A stretch of 59,210 nt of DNA, filler included, from Sphacelaria rigidula (lineage: Eukaryota), in the NCBI GenBank assembly GCA_964200075.2. It is 10 parts of 10 records of this genome, joined end to end, with 100 filler letters (N's around TTAATTAATTAA, not from the genome) between each part and the next. Parts side by side here need not be neighbours in the genome. Positions count along the whole stretch, not along the records: positions 35,587 to 41,417 come from CAXNAA020024114.1; positions 41,518 to 47,348 come from CAXNAA020024115.1; positions 47,449 to 53,279 come from CAXNAA020024116.1; 7 more parts are not named here. One strand, 5' to 3'. Shown here one piece after another: positions 36,190-47,767 of this stretch (position 1 is the stretch's first letter; every line of letters begins with the position of its first letter). The translations under genes and the position numbers were made by a program. The notes under the pieces were generated by a model that did not search any database, was not told the origin of the DNA, and worked only from the letters and a program-made list of their open reading frames with translations.

Positions 36190-38033
36190 CGTCGTATTCG
36201 GTCGCTCTTCTCCTTCCATAGCTCATTGAAGAGCACCTGCGGCTGAGGCCTTCCTTCTTCCCCCCCTCCTCGTTCACCTTCCTGCTTCACATCACTGCCA
36301 CCTGCTGTTAGAAGCAGCTCCGGGCGTCGAGACCTCTCCGACGGGCAGCCCTCGCGGCACTTCTCCCCAACGCGAGCACCGCAAACAGAGCATATCCGTC
36401 CTGCCGCCGCCCCGTCGGGCACCTCACCACCGCCGGTGACAATCGAAGAAGACCCTCGACGCGACGCCGAGCGCCTGTCGATGTCTTTGTCTTCCACCGA
36501 ACCAAAGCCCGCCGATTCTTCCCCGCCGTCTCTTGTCTCAGGGCTCGGCGGAAGCCACCGTTCACTCAAGTTGTTGTCGCTAGATGGGCTCATTGGGTCG
36601 GCTGTTCTGCTGCGGCGGGTACCCCGTCCGCCCTCACGTATGTTCCTGCCTTCGCCTCGATCTGGACTCGTGCTGCTACCGCCACTGTGATTGTCCTCCG
36701 CCCACCATTCTCTCGAGTCGCTCAATGGTATCGAGCGACGGCGACTGCCGCTGGCGCTTCCTCCATCGTCGGTCACACCGGGACCTTCGTCGCTCAGGAG
36801 ACGGTAATGACCGTCTCGGCTGGTTGTCTCTCCCGCTTCTTCGGAGCTGTCGCGCCCGCTCTCTTCAAGGTCGCCACCGCCGCCGTGTACCTCCGATTCC
36901 TCGTCTCCGTCTTCCCCGAGCGATAGTCTCCACTCTCTGCCGCCGGGAAACCTGAAAGTCCGCCGGAACCTCATGCCTTTCGGGGAGCGCAAACTTGCGG
37001 GAAGCCACTGCCACATGCCACGTCCTACTCCTTCGCGCTCCCCGCCCATGCCCGGGTATTCACCGTCGTCGAAGATCGGAGGCTCGGAGGAGCCGATAAC
37101 CTCCAGGCATACGAAGCAGGGCACGCGCTCTCGCGTCGAGAATGCGAACGATTCGGCCGAGTGTATGGCTACGACCCGGTGACGACGGTCGCCCACGGGG
37201 ACGTAGACAATGCCAGGCGTACCACCACCGTGGCCGCCGCCGCTGCTGCCGCCGCCGCTACTCCTGCCGGGCGCGACGGCCGCATCAGGAACTGCCGGCT
37301 GCACACTAAGGTATTCCCTGTCAACATTCTCCAGCTGCTTGTGAAGGCTGAGCGTTCGGTCGGTCTTCGACAGCGGCTTGAGTGAGGCCGCGATTTCGAC
37401 GAGGCTAGCGAGGAAGTGCAAGTTTTTCCAATAGGGTGTAGCAACCGTCATTGGCGAGGACGCCGACGCCGGGGTTGTCGCCTCTGCCGCCACACCGATG
37501 TCACCCTTGCTCTCATCCGCCGGTACTCTGGCCGCGAGCACCACCCCAGGCGGCGGCGCCCCACCATCACCGGCATCGTCACGCGGCGCATCACCCTCGA
37601 CTCCGCCGCTTCCAATACCAGCTTCGGGAGAAAATGAACGTCCGGCGTCCAATAACCGCTGCGCGGCTTTTTCACCACTTTCGGCGATCTCTACAAGCAA
37701 GAGTTCCACCGCTCGCCTCCCAAACCTATCGATCGCGCCATCAACATCATCACCTGCATCACCGCCGCCGCCGCCGAGTGCAGCACTCCCATCACTACCT
37801 TGTCGCTGAATGTCAAGTGCCTTGCCGCCCTTGGGGGTCACCGCGGCTTGTGCCGGGGAAACCGAGGTTGAGATACCTGATGAGGGAAATTCGGCCGCCG
37901 GTAGCAGGCAGTTTGCCCGCAGGGAGAACTCTAGTGCATGCGCGAAGTATAGATTCTCCGAGCATCGAGCGAGGAGCCACTCCTCCATCTGCCCGCTCAT
38001 GTAGTACGAGTCGAACACTAGGAAAGAGGCGAG
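36190..38033 (-). CDS. Large exon of a phosphatidylinositol 4-kinase type III beta-like gene
   Basis: CAG|LASFLVFDSYY...LLARCSENLYFAHALEFSLRA (helical domain), VYVPVG...HRVVAIHSAESFAFSTRERVPCFVCLEV, and VLFNELWKEKSDRIRR|GTACGT just before the catalytic domain, which lies off-contig. Confidence 0.88.
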
Positions 38034-38682
38034 CTGAACGTGTGGTGTTACGTCCGACGACACGAATTTCGGAAACAGAGATACATGTGCACGGGACAGA
38101 GGAGCGATTTAAATTGAATTCCCAGGAAGGCAGCTGCAGATGGAGAGATGCGGGCAGATTGGTGGGCACGTGAGTAACTAAGCCAGCAAACCTCACGCCA
38201 ATCTGCAAAAGCTACTCGCCGAAACAGCTTCTCGATGGAAACCGTACTGTGTGCTTGATCGCCGCAGACTACATGCATGCCTCCAACCTATCTCAAGTTC
38301 GAGCCGGGCGTGAACCTATGCGAAACATTACAAGAAAGGTCCATCCAAACACGCAAAAAAAAAAGGTACCACAGCAACTTTGACGCGTGCTTCCCATAGC
38401 ACATTCGTACCCACCGGACAACGTCAAAACACTCAACACGCCAAACCCGTGGCCAAACAAAAGAGGTACGGCAACCCGAGCGTCTCCAGCGGGAAGCACA
38501 CTACCGATCATATATTTCTCTTCTGTCTATCCACCCCTCCGTCCTTCCCCCCAATGTATCTGTGCATCTATCCATATCTCCCCGTCTTGGTCTCCCCCAC
38601 GCGCTTCTCCCGTTATCGGTCTAATGCCCTCTCATCACCCTCCCTCCCATTCGAAATATTCCGGCCGGTACTCCGCTCTCAC

Positions 38683-39330
38683 CTGCGGCGCAAAAAACTC
38701 AAGACACGAGGGCTCCTCCTCGGCCGCCCGCCGCAAATCGTTTAGCGCATCTTCGTACGCGTACAGCCGCACCATCAGCCCAAACGTCATCTTGAGCGCC
38801 TCATCCCTGTCCGACAGCCGAGCGTTACGCCGTCCCCAGTCCCCCCTCAGAATAGACGCCCGCCACCTCTTCTGCAACGCCTCTACTCGTGCGGTCCACG
38901 CGCCCCTAGCCTCCTGCATGCGCCCAGCGAAAAAATCTACGAGCTCCTGGGTCGACTGTTGTCGGGAACGGGACGGCACGCGCCTCATGCTCTCTCCGCG
39001 GCCCCCTCCCTTCGTTCTCTTTGCCGTGCTACTATCACCGTCACCGCCGCGGCCGATGGACATTCCCCCTCCCTCGTCCGTGGGGTCATCATCTACATCG
39101 CTGTCGTCCATTTCGCCCGTCTCAAGGTCCCGTTCGTCGAACTCCGTCCCGTCGAATTCGCTGCGGAAGTCTCGATTGTTCAGGAGGCGCGCGTCGAGTC
39201 GGGAGCCGATGAAGATAGTCTTATATCTGATGGAGTATTCGGGCGGGGACAGGAGTTGGGGGGAGCGCACGAGAACGGGTGCGAGGACGCAGAGGGGAGC
39301 GGGGCGGGGCGGAGGGTCGCGTATTTGAGG
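38683..39330 (-). CDS. Upstream exon of the same PI4K-like gene (5' boundary uncertain)
   Basis: Ends ...EPSCLEFFAPQ|GTGAGA and splices in frame to LASFL, giving the F-x2-PQL motif of PI4K helical domains. Confidence 0.75.
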
Positions 39331-39701
39331 GGAAGCATGGAAGTCAGCATGCTTGGACCCTGTTGGGATCGACCCATACTTCCAAAATTTGTGCAGGCTC
39401 GCTTGAGAGGACATCAAGACACCTCGAGAACTCATTCCATGGAGTGGGGATTGACAGAGCGGGAGGTGTGATTATCTGGAGGTTCGGGCAAGGATTCCGG
39501 CTCCCTTATGGTGTGCTGCCGTCGTGTACTGGTTGTTTCGAAGTCTGGGTATCTCGAGAGCCAGCTTCAAGCTGACCAGCAACAACGACGACAACTTACA
39601 TGTACTCACAGGTGGCATGCGAAAAACCAACAACCGTAGGTACAATGAGCACGAGACAACAAGAGACATGAAGGCACCACGCCCCCCCAGTCCGTCATCT
39701 A

Positions 39702-40028
39702 CTACTGCACGTGCATCACAGAGTCGTCTTTTCTCTCGCTTCCTTCCTTTCCTTGCCTGGGTGTTGCATGGCTGCTACGAAGGTGGTACAGGCAGGCTCT
39801 CTGCGCGAGCACGGAGGCGCCAGAGAGCAGCAGCAGGACCCACCATAACCAGAAGGCTTGCTCTTGAGGAATCGAGGTTACCAGCAGCGCGACGGCCTTC
39901 GCGGCAACGAGAATGAAATTCGCCGCCACGAAGATGTTGTTCAGCTCGGGGCACGTCAAACGCTGCCGCTTCAGGAAGGGGAAGAAGTGCGGCAGGATGA
40001 ACGCGATTCGTAAAATGGCCAACCACAC
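39702..40028 (-). CDS. Hydrophobic, probable multi-TM exon upstream of the PI4K exons
   Basis: CAG|VWLAILRIAFILPHFFPFL...NIFVAANFILVAAKAVALLV...AFWLWWVLLLLSGASVL; donor not identified. Confidence 0.45.
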   Translation of the reverse strand: MWLAILRIAFILPHFFPFLKRQRLTCPELNNIFVAANFILVAAKAVALLVTSIPQEQAFWLWWVLLLLSGASVLAQRACLYHLRSSHATPRQGKEGSERKDDSVMHVQ

Positions 40029-41517
40029 CTGACATTAATGACGACAACACCACCAAATCGTTTTTCAGAAAGATCGCGCGAGGGAGGGGCGCGGGGGAGG
40101 GTGGGGGAGGGGTGTTAGAGGAATATGACTAATACTACCCGCAGTCAAGATAATTATTTGAACGCGGTGTGCCTCTCGATGAGTGTTCCGATCCAACACG
40201 ACTATCGTAATCATGACCATCTCGCGGCCAAGGCTATTCCACAACACGGAGCGAGGACCTGCTTTTGCATCATCGTCGTCATCTGCGCCCCCTTAGCGGT
40301 CAAGATTACGGCACCGAACAAACATGGCAAAAGACGCAAAAGTACCCTGCCCCACTGTGATCGCGGTCGGAGAGTATAACGACGGGCGAGAACACCGGAC
40401 TGTCAAGAAACTACTGCTCCGAGACGATGCCTCGCGGTTAGTTGGTCAACTCTTGATACACACATCACTAACTGTCACTTGACCCTTTGACCGCCAGCAT
40501 ACTCCCGGAGCGATTTCAACGGCTGACAGTCCAGAAACTTCGATGTTTTTGACGGGGGGCGCGCAGGTTTCCCCACCGTCAGCGAATGCTTTACAGATCA
40601 ACGATGCGTGTTTCCAAGAATTTTTTTAGGCCGGGCAACTAAAACTTCCATACCCTACATATCGCCCAATATCGCCCACCTGAAGGTGAAGCTATAGTTT
40701 ACCATTTGACCATCAACCATGGACACACAACGAGTGGATGTTTTTCGGTCTCTCCCTGCGGTCTTCGCCACCTACCAGCCCCCCTTTGGTGTTGCAAAGA
40801 GCTGTACACTGTTGTTGTGTAACACTGAGGAGAGATAGAAATGGTGTATACTGTATTGTGTGCAACGGAGAGCAAGGACACCATGATACTACAGCACTGT
40901 TTACTGTACTTAGCCGCCGATTTTTAAAAAATATCCGTCCGTACGGTGCAGCAGCAGCGCGGTATCATAAAGGGCGGTTGAGATCGTGTTACATGTAGCG
41001 TAACATCAAAACATGCAGGAGGTGCGCCAGCAACGCCTTGAAAGAACCGAGACTGTCAAACAAGGCGGAGAATGTGTTGCTGGACTACCTCGCAGCGGCA
41101 GTTGCCAGCGCGCACCACTTTCAGGCACATGACACCATGTACGGCCTACTCAGCAAAAAATAGCGCACATCCACGTGGTCTGGCCAGAAAAGACGACCAG
41201 GGGTCCTCATGTACCAATTTCCATTCAAGCATTCAACATTCATCTGTTCAGAGATGAGTAGGCATGTTATGTTGCTCGAAATGCAACAGATCCGAATACT
41301 AATTTGGCCACAGGCGATACTGGACCATCTTGGGGGGGGGGGGGGGGGGGGGAGATCAAAAGGTTGAAAGGGAAAGGAGGGGATATACCCGGGCGCGCGG
41401 GGGGGGGCGTGGTTGGGNNNNNNNNNNNNNNNNNNNNNNNNNNNNNNNNNNNNNNNNNNNNTTAATTAATTAANNNNNNNNNNNNNNNNNNNNNNNNNNN
41501 NNNNNNNNNNNNNNNNN

Positions 41518-41590
41518 AAAGGGATGCGTGGTCAATGGTCAAACAACTAAGGCAAGAAACAGATGAGTACGCCCCCTCCCCCCCACCCCC
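41518..41590 (+). mobile_element. LINE 3' end, subfamily A, at contig start
   Basis: AAAGGGATGCGTGGTCAATGGTCAAACAACTAAGGCAAGAAACAGATGAGTACG followed by C-runs. Confidence 0.85.
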
Positions 41591-41918
41591 AATCGCTCCC
41601 TAGATCACCCCACCGTGACATGAATTTTCGGAACAAAAATGTGACTCGCGGGGAGTACCCATCGAGACGCACGATAGCTTGCAAACAGCATTCCGACGGA
41701 GCCTTGGCAAATACGGATACCGCGATTGTCCTGGCGGGCTCGCTTCCCGCCCAGGCGTCAAGGCAATAAATACACTCTGGACTTGAAGAGAAAGTACCAG
41801 CGTGTTCAGAGGCCCACCACCACTGTTTTTGGGTTCATGCTTGGGAATTCCTGTGACATTGGTGCCCTCCTTGCCTCTGCACGTTACACGTGAACATACC
41901 GTGCAACCATGAATATTT

Positions 41919-42521
41919 CACACCCTGGATAATATAGTGTTTGTTGTTGTTAATATGACAAAAAAAACTCATGTGTTGACCATCCTCGCGTGTGGGTGAC
42001 CCCAGCTGATGTGCCCACATCTACCGAAAGGTGTAGACTGGTGCCCAGAATAGATGGGATGACAATACACACAACGGTTGTCAACAGACAATTATGTACT
42101 GCGTTAAGTATAGGCCTAGTGCAACTATTCATGGTTCGGACGAATCATTGCCGGTTCAAATCATCAAATACACGATTTCTCAGGCCTGATTGCTCGAAAA
42201 AAGGTGAAAAAAAGTCGACCGCTGGTCAAAAAGGTCTCCACGCAACTTTTGCGCCATTCCACGTGCCTGGGCTGCCCGTATCTGGGTTGCAACGCTGAAA
42301 ACAAAGCCCAAGGAATGATTCGTGCGGCACGAATCAATCACACTAAAATCAAATAATTTCCGGACGAATCATTCATTCATCCGACCCGTGAAACTATTGT
42401 CGGCCTATTCAGTTTGTCGGCCGACCGACAAAAGTTACAACAGGTCAATACTTTACGCAGTATATTTTCTGTCTGTTGCAACTGTTGACCATATATCGTC
42501 ATCGTCCAGGGCGTGTCGGTG
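41919..42521. mobile_element. Foldback MITE carrying a truncated SINE (about 41960-42075) and a CACGG-family MITE (42130-42390)
   Basis: Ends CACACCCTGGA / TCCAGGGCGTG; arms match 4182-4358; inner MITE TSD CAACTATT / AAACTATT. Confidence 0.8.
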
Positions 42522-42545
42522 GAATCTTTCCTAGTGTGCGCTCAC

Positions 42546-42626
42546 CTCTCCCCTTGCGTTGAGTAAAATATTGCTCGGCTTCACGTCCCGATGAAGCTGG
42601 TTATGCTCGTGTAGATATGTCAACCC
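42546..42626 (-). CDS. Protein kinase exon (catalytic loop), MAP2K/STE7-like
   Basis: [35 protein letters not shown], 81 bp, phase 0; the HRDVKPSN catalytic loop. Missed by the ORF track. Confidence 0.92.
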
Positions 42627-43040
42627 CTTTCCAGATCGGCGGCGGCGAACGGGGGAAAGCGAGAGGTTGCGGCGGTTACGTGTGTGCAGCAATATACGAT
42701 GTGATGCCACGACGGTAGTCCATCTGGCTCATGCGTCCTAGGGCCGGAGCTCATAAGAGCAGGGCGGCGCGTGCACTGCACCAACTTGACGGCGAGTTTT
42801 AGTGGGTCAGACCCCCACACTGCCCTGAGCAAAGCTTGCGAATGCTCGAGGCGCCTACCCCACATGACTGCCGAGAGGCAGTCTAGCCTAGTCTCCGAGG
42901 AATCAGCGCACGAACCCGCTTGCGGGGGTAAGTGTTGGGTCACGAATCTACATGAGACAGTTTATCTCGTTCTTTGATTGAACTTACTCCTTCACTCGAT
43001 TTTCTCGCAATGACTCATAAACGAATGTTCGACACCCATG

Positions 43041-43115
43041 CAACACACACTGACACACACACAGACACACACACAGGCAGACACAGACACAGACACAGAC
43101 ACAGACACAGACACA
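43041..43115. repeat. (CA)n/(GACACA)n microsatellite in the kinase intron
   Basis: Direct reading. Confidence 0.9.
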
Positions 43116-43157
43116 GGTCGCCTTGAACAAGTGGCGCGTTGCACGTCGGCAGCTTAC

Positions 43158-43313
43158 CTTGAGTATTTGGTAAGTACATGCCGCCACAACGTCCTCCGGC
43201 AGACCCGTTTGCATGAGCTCCTCCTCGAATGCTCTATCCCACTCCTCCTGATCTTTTTGTCGTTGCAACTCGATCTCGGCCAAAGCTTTTCGCCTCTCCG
43301 CTTCCTCCGGAGT
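43158..43313 (-). CDS. Preceding exon of the MAP2K-like kinase
   Basis: AAG|TPEEAERRKALAEIELQRQKDQEEWDRAFEEELMQTGLPEDVVAACTYQILK|GTAAGC, 156 bp; joins in frame to give LPEDVVAACTYQILKGLTYLH (subdomain VIa). Confidence 0.88.
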
Positions 43314-44084
43314 CTTTCAAGAGACGCGACAAAGGAAGAAAAGAAGAAAAAAAATGATGATGAGCCGACCATCAATCACCAAACAACGACGTGAGCAAAA
43401 TACGTAAAAGAAAAAGACGGTAGCAAGTGATTTGGATACATTTCGTAGTGCTGTTGGAGAATTTCGCGTTGGAAGGTGATGATACAGCCATATAGATGGG
43501 TTCATTGACGCGGTAGGAATTTCCCACCACACACTTCGATACGCGAAGAACCAAAGTTAATGGGAAAAAAAAGTGTGGCTGCAGTAAAAATTGATGGGAT
43601 GGCTCAGATACTTGACGCAAGAAACATCCAATATCGACAGTAAAAACAACGAAGCAAAAAATGTCAAACGGCTACGTGCTCCGCCGGATTTTCCACCGCC
43701 GCACGGAGCGGCCAGCCGACGTCAGTTTAGCTGCAGAGATATGCCTCCGAATCATGCAAGGTCGGTGAAGAAATGCCCAGCCGATTTTTTCGGACAAAAC
43801 GGACACCCAATACTTGGGGGGGGGGGGAATGTGTGTGTGTGTTTCGGTACCGATACATCGGACAGACATATCGGACCGACATATCGGCCGCTTGCCGTTG
43901 CCGGCTGTATAGTACAATACATGAGCCATTATCCATTTGACAATGGATGGTTCTATACCGATGTATGAGGCTATCAACGATGCGTTCCCCGTCCTCCAAC
44001 CAAGGCCATGACCTGTCGTGTCGGTATGGCGTGGGGAAGGTCTTTTCGGCGGGTGTGAGGCCGGACTCACCCCCAAAGCAGCCT

Positions 44085-44157
44085 TGCTTCGTCTCGAAAG
44101 GGATGCGTGGCCAATGGTCAGACGACGAAGGCAAGCAACGAATGAGTACGCCTCTCC
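44085..44157 (+). mobile_element. LINE 3' end, subfamily A
   Basis: GCTTCGTCTCGAAAGGGATGCGTGGCCAATGGTCAGACGACGAAGGCAAGCAACGAATGAGTACGCCTCTCC. Confidence 0.82.
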
Positions 44158-45076
44158 AAGGAGTCGTTCCTTCTCGCTACTACTTTCAAAGTGCGATAAG
44201 TAAATAATGAAAAATAACTATAAATAAGAATAATCCTACCCCTGGCCAAGGCCGCGGTGTGGTGGTGGTAGACAAGGGTTAGCACGGTGTCCATCGGGCA
44301 CCCCCACCCCTGGTATACTGTACTATAGTACGAAGTATGATATGCAAACGCCCTGAGTGCGGGCATGTTGGGATTGGGCGTGTGCGCAGAGGCAGATGGC
44401 ACTGCTGTCGAAAGCTCGCACGCACACGTTTAATACAAAGGGAGTGTGTGCCGGTGTGTAGGCTGGGTTTCGGCGACAGGGATGGAAGAGCAGCGGTCGT
44501 CGACGGACGGGCTAGGTTTGGTTGAGTCTCCTGGACGAGACACCTCAAGTGCATCACGGAGGGGGACGTGTTTCACACGAAAGGAAGCAAAGGGGGCACT
44601 GACTACGAACCACGACGAGAACATGTGGGACCAAGGACACTGGCGAGCATTGGCGGTGCGTTGGTCATGGCCGCTGGTAAGGGCGGATGGTAGCGTCAGG
44701 AGGTCGACATCGCAACTGAAGAGGACCCTACGGCGGAGGAGAGCAAAGCGGGGCAGCGAATTTTCGTTGAGGGCGAAATATATTGTTTTCCTTTGTCCAA
44801 AAAATAAAGAGTCATTTCCCATCCTGACAAACATTCCCATTCCATCCTCACAATTAATTAATTATTAATCAATTGAATATCTGTATCTATCATCACCATT
44901 CCAAGAGTGGGTGTTGATTTTTTTTTTCTTCTGTTGAGTGATGATATACAATGGTTGATTTGTTGTGGTCACCACATACAGATGGTATTCCATGTTTTCA
45001 TGGTCGGATATAGGACTCTCTCAACAGATTCTGTTTTTTTGCTGATAGCGCCACGTCGTGTGTAGGCCATGATAGA

Positions 45077-45224
45077 CATGCCCTGTACAACAGACTACAT
45101 CGTCAAAAAGTGTACTGCGTGCAGTATATCGGCTATTGAGTCTATTGGAATAGGCAATAGACTGACTCCACACTGTCTGTGCGCAGTACACCTTCCGAAA
45201 ATGCAAATCACTGTCCAGGGTGCG
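45077..45224. mobile_element. Diverged foldback MITE
   Basis: CATGCCCTGTAC...GTGTACTGCG...CGCAGTACAC...GTCCAGGGTG; related to 48431 and 51347; no TSD seen. Confidence 0.6.
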
Positions 45225-45626
45225 TAGTTTTGCCTGTTTTGTTGGATGAACTTGGAGACACATATCAAGCAGAACGAAGCGATTGCCCTGGATTTTTGCA
45301 CAGTTTTTCGTGGCCCAGTCCGATCCCCTCTCTTCGCAGAAGCGAACCGTCACTTACGCTGGGGGTTTTTTTGTTGGTGCGGTGTGGTTGTGCATGTACA
45401 TGGATGCCTCTATTTCCCCCATGCGCCCGTCATTAATTTTTCTCGATTGCTGAACAGTTTTTCCCTCTGGTTTACCTCGTCGCCAGATTTTTTTTCCGTC
45501 GTTATTACACGACAGTTTCTCAAGCATTCTGGGTCTGATTTCCAAGGAGGGAAGGAACCAAACCGCAAGTGGCTTGTGCCTCTGGCGGGGATTCCAGCGA
45601 GGCCCCCCCATAACCTGGGAGGGGGG

Positions 45627-45689
45627 CGTACTCATTTGTTGCTTGCCTTAGTCATTTGACCATTGACCACGCATCCCTTTCAGACGGAG
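45627..45689 (-). mobile_element. LINE 3' end, subfamily A, with perfect 18-bp TSD
   Basis: CATAACCTGGGAGGGGGG at 45609-45626 and 45690-45707. Confidence 0.92.
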
Positions 45690-45713
45690 CATAACCTGGG
45701 AGGGGGGGGGGGG

Positions 45714-47018
45714 TACTTAGTTTTTTCCTTGGTCATTTGACCATTGGCCACGCATCCCTTGCGAGACGGAGCACCGTTCCTACTCCTGAGAGATACCTCC
45801 AACATCTGGGCGCTCACTATGTTTCTTCCATACAACACACAAAACCTTTTAACATATTCCATCTTCTTCCTGCTTCGCCGTCTGTGGCCACTATCCCGTC
45901 TCCTAGGATAGCGATCGTTTTCTCGCTACTGTCTGAAATACAATACGATTTCATGTCACCTTCGTTTACTCCCTACATTTCTTCCTCAAACACATTCCGT
46001 TCCTCCCTTTTCGTATGGTTCACATTCTGCTTCTAAACTAGGTATACACTCGTTTGCCTTACCACAGGGGCATTTCTGTGCATCTACTTCCTCCTACACT
46101 GGACTACTCGTATACCTCCTCCTTCTCCCTAGCAGATCCAGGTCCCCCACTGGAAGTACATTGGGCCATGCAGACATGTTTCATCCCAATTCCCTCTCTC
46201 AACCCTCCGTATATATGCAGGTACTTTTTCTCGTCTACTTTCTGCTTAAGTGTCCCCTTCCCCCCCCCCCACGCATTTCTACCATGTCTCTTACTTTTGT
46301 CTTGTATCCCTCGCCTTCACCTTTAGGCATTAACTCGTCTTGGTTTCCTTCAACATCCTTCCATACTTCCTCGACTACGCTATCCCATCCTATTCCAACC
46401 TGCCCTTCCATCACTTTCTTCCATGCAGCCCTATCAACCGTGGCTGGCAGTCTCTCCCTTAACACGTTCCTGACGTTATATTGCCAATTCAATTTGTTTC
46501 ATGTCTCTGTTTCAAGTGAAAACATTTCCAATTGTGCTCTCAATATTGCATTACTCGTCGTTTTCGAGCATCCGAGCTTTTCCCTTCCCATACTGAGAGC
46601 CGGTCGCCCCGGTGGCTCAATTGGTAACCTCGTAACCTTCTCATGGTTGAGTTGTGGAGTTCGATTCCCGGAGCGATCTGGAATTTTCTCTTACACCATG
46701 CCCAACAGTGGAGAGCGACCATGTCGTGGGTACACAAAATACGACGTAACCGTCGACGAGGGAAAGGGACTACTGCCCTCTCGGGTTGAAAAATAAAGGC
46801 AAGCACCGCAGAAGGAAGGTGGTGTACTAAAAACAAATAAAAAGTAAAAAGCTCCCGTGTTCACCTTCCTCCTGTGTGACCCCGGCTGATGCGTCCACAT
46901 ATCCCGAAAGGGGTAGCCTGGCGCCCAGAATAAATGGGACGACAACACACACACAATACTCCTCCTGCACATTCTGGCATCGGTACAATCAAATTCATCA
47001 GAATACATATCTTAATCC
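45714..47018 (-). mobile_element. Longest LINE copy: decayed post-RT region and zinc knuckle, interrupted by a SINE
   Basis: IKICILMNLIVPMPECAGGV|WEG (like the post-RT P-x-L-E-Y-x2-E-V-W motif), LGCSKTTSNAILRAQL, WDSVVEEVWK, CPCGK..., ending GTAC plus C-run. Confidence 0.85.
46604..46955 (+). mobile_element. tRNA-derived SINE, family 1, inserted antisense in the LINE
   Basis: A box TGGCTCAATTGG (46613), B box GAGTTCGATTC (46657), ACAACACACACAC tail; short flanking repeat ATACT. Confidence 0.88.
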
Positions 47019-47033
47019 GGAGGGGGGAGGGGG

Positions 47034-47250
47034 TGCACGCATGATCATGCATGCCTTCGTCATAAGACCATCGACCTCGCATCCCTACAAAACCGGGACG
47101 GAGCACGCGGGGTTTCCGCCGGAACAGGCTCGAAACCACCAAGTGCGGAGCGCCGATTTGCATGCCATAGTCATAAGACCATTGGCCTCGCATTCCAAAG
47201 AAGCCGGGACAGAGCACACTGGGCTTTTCCGGACCAGGCTCGAAATCACC
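47034..47250 (-). mobile_element. Two tandem LINE 3' ends, subfamily B
   Basis: GCATGCC..GTCATAAGACCAT..CCTCGCAT..CCGGGAC(G/A)GAGCAC..CAGGCTCGAAA occurs twice, between G-runs. Confidence 0.8.
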
Positions 47251-47517
47251 CCAACGGGGGGGGGGGGGGAAGGGAGGGGAGGGGGGCTGTTAATCGGACC
47301 CATCGGGGCGCGCACTCCCCTGGCCCCTAAAACTCTCTTGTTTGGGAANNNNNNNNNNNNNNNNNNNNNNNNNNNNNNNNNNNNNNNNNNNNTTAATTAA
47401 TTAANNNNNNNNNNNNNNNNNNNNNNNNNNNNNNNNNNNNNNNNNNNNGTGCACAGAACGGAAAGAGTCGCTGAAAAGAATACCGCGAAGAAGGGGGAAA
47501 TAGGAGAACGGAGTAAA

Positions 47518-47767
47518 GACTAATGCCGAGATAGCCCCCCTACAAAAAGTGCACCGAAGACCGTCCGGCAAACCGGCTGCGATTCCACTGTTGGGCTTGT
47601 TTACAGCAACTTCGCCCACATGAGAGGCGTGTAGCGAGGGCGAAATCAGCTTCGACGCCCAAATGAGTCGCGTCGGGCAGCAAGAAACCAGCTCTAACGG
47701 CATTTATGAGTATCGCCCCCGTGCACTTTTTTGGCCGGTTTGGGGGCGGGCTATCTCGGCAGCAGTC
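47518..47767. mobile_element. MITE with G..C ends and 4-bp TSD TAAA
   Basis: GACTAATGCCGAGATAGCCC...AAAAAGTGCAC / GTGCACTTTTT...GGGCTATCTCGGCAGCAGTC; TAAA at 47514-47517 and 47768-47771. Confidence 0.75.

Noticed and set aside
36308..39575. Many plus-strand and alternate-frame ORFs over the PI4K region
   Set aside because: Shadows of GC-rich minus-strand exons with no recognisable motifs.
46604..46675. tRNA gene
   Set aside because: A/B boxes are present but I could not form a full cloverleaf, and the head is attached to the same ~290-bp body in three copies; it is a SINE.
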